From: Mobula hypostoma
Lineage: Eukaryota
Reading direction: 5' to 3'
NCBI RefSeq assembly: GCF_963921235.1
Contig: NC_086098.1
Coordinates: 154,504,001 to 154,568,000 of the forward strand
Length of the DNA: 64,000 nucleotides
The notes below the pieces were generated by a model, which ran no database searches, was not told the origin of the DNA, and saw nothing but the letters and a program-made list of their open reading frames with translations. The position numbers were made by a program, and so were the translations under genes. Position 1 is the stretch's first letter. Each line of letters opens with the position of its first letter. Positions 62,985 through 64,000 of this stretch are shown one piece after another.

Positions 62985-64000
62985 GGAATTCTGCTGATGC
63001 TGGAAATTCAAGCAACACACATCAAAGTTGCTGGTGAACGCAGCAGGCCAAGCAGCATCTATAGGAAGAGGCGCAGTCGACGTTTCAGGCCGAGACCCTT
63101 CGTCAGGACTAACTGAAGGAAGAGTGAGCACCAGGTCATTGTCTCCCACACTATCAACGACTTTATCCGCTCAGGGGATCTCCCATCCACTGCTACCAAC
63201 CTTATAGTTCCCACACCCCGCACTTCCCGTTTCTCCCTCCTACCCAAGATCCACAAAACTGCCTGTCCTGGCCGACCTATTGTCTCAGCTTGCTCCTGCC
63301 CCACCGAACTCGTTTCTGCATACCTCGACACTGTCTTATCACCCCTTGTTCAATCCCTTCCCACCTATGTTCGTGACACTTCTCACGTTCTTAAACTTTT
63401 CGATGATTTTAAGTTCCCTGGCCCCCACCGCTTTATTTTCACCATGGATGTCCAGTCCCTATATACTTCCATCCCCCATCAGGAAGGTCTCAAAGCTCTA
63501 CGCTTCTTTTTGGATTCCAGACCTAATCAGTTCCCCTCTACCACCACTCTGCTCCGTCTAGCGGAATTAGTCCTTACTCTTAATAATTTCTCCTTTTGCT
63601 CCTCCCATTTCCTCCAAACTAAAGGTGTAGCTATGGGCACCCGTATGGGTCCTAGCTATGCCTGCCTTTTTGTTGGGTTTGTGGAACAATCTATTTTCCG
63701 TGCCTATTCTGGTATCTGTCCCCCACTTTTCCTTCGCTACATCGACGACTGCATTGGCGCTGCTTCCTGCACGCATGCAGAACTCGTTGACTTTATTAAC
63801 TTTGCCTCCAACTTTCACCCTGCCCTCAAGTTTACCTGGTCCATTTCCGACACATCCCTCCCCTTTCTAGATCTTTCTGTCTCTGTCTCTGGAGACAGCT
63901 TATCCACTGATGTCTACTATAAGCCTACTGACTCTCACAGCTATCTGGACTATTCCTCTTCTCACCCTGTCTCTTGCAAAAACGCCATCCCCTTCTCGCA
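62985..64000 (+). mobile_element. Penelope-like element: inverted terminal repeat (62985-63130) then RT, running off the window
   Basis: LPKIHK..PGRPIVS..TMDVQSLYTSIP..GVAMGTRMGPSYA..RYIDD. Confidence 0.93.
63075..63110 (-). ncRNA. Minimal type I hammerhead ribozyme motif in Penelope terminal repeat
   Basis: Minus strand: AGUC-CUGACGA-A-GGGU(CUCG)GCCU-GAAAC-GUC-GACU; intact core, 4-bp helix I, loopless palindromic helix III. Confidence 0.75.

Overview
Eukaryotic, non-bacterial DNA from a cartilaginous fish (elasmobranch, possibly a ray; species not determinable). The window is a tandem array of immunoglobulin light-chain clusters of the lambda/type II class, all on the + strand, with germline-joined V-J exons. 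Cluster A contributes only its C exon (1553-1875). Cluster B is a complete in-frame L-VJ-C gene (23887-27628) whose C exon has lost its stop codon and gains a 23-aa tail. Cluster C (48616-53643) is intact except for one nonsense codon in V. The spacers are filled with mobile DNA: CR1 and Rex/Babar LINEs, Penelope-like elements carrying minimal hammerhead ribozyme motifs, a decayed hAT (Buster-like) transposon, two sushi-type chromoviral Ty3/gypsy elements with self-priming PBS, a solo LTR, a tRNA-derived SINE, and a decayed retrovirus-like pol with two RNase H-type domains (lokiretrovirus-like). Cluster debris (an inverted C 3' flank, a V relic, a 1.9-kb duplicated block abutting a TSD-less gypsy element) records how the array was rearranged. 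All alignments and counts were done by eye; no database search was possible.
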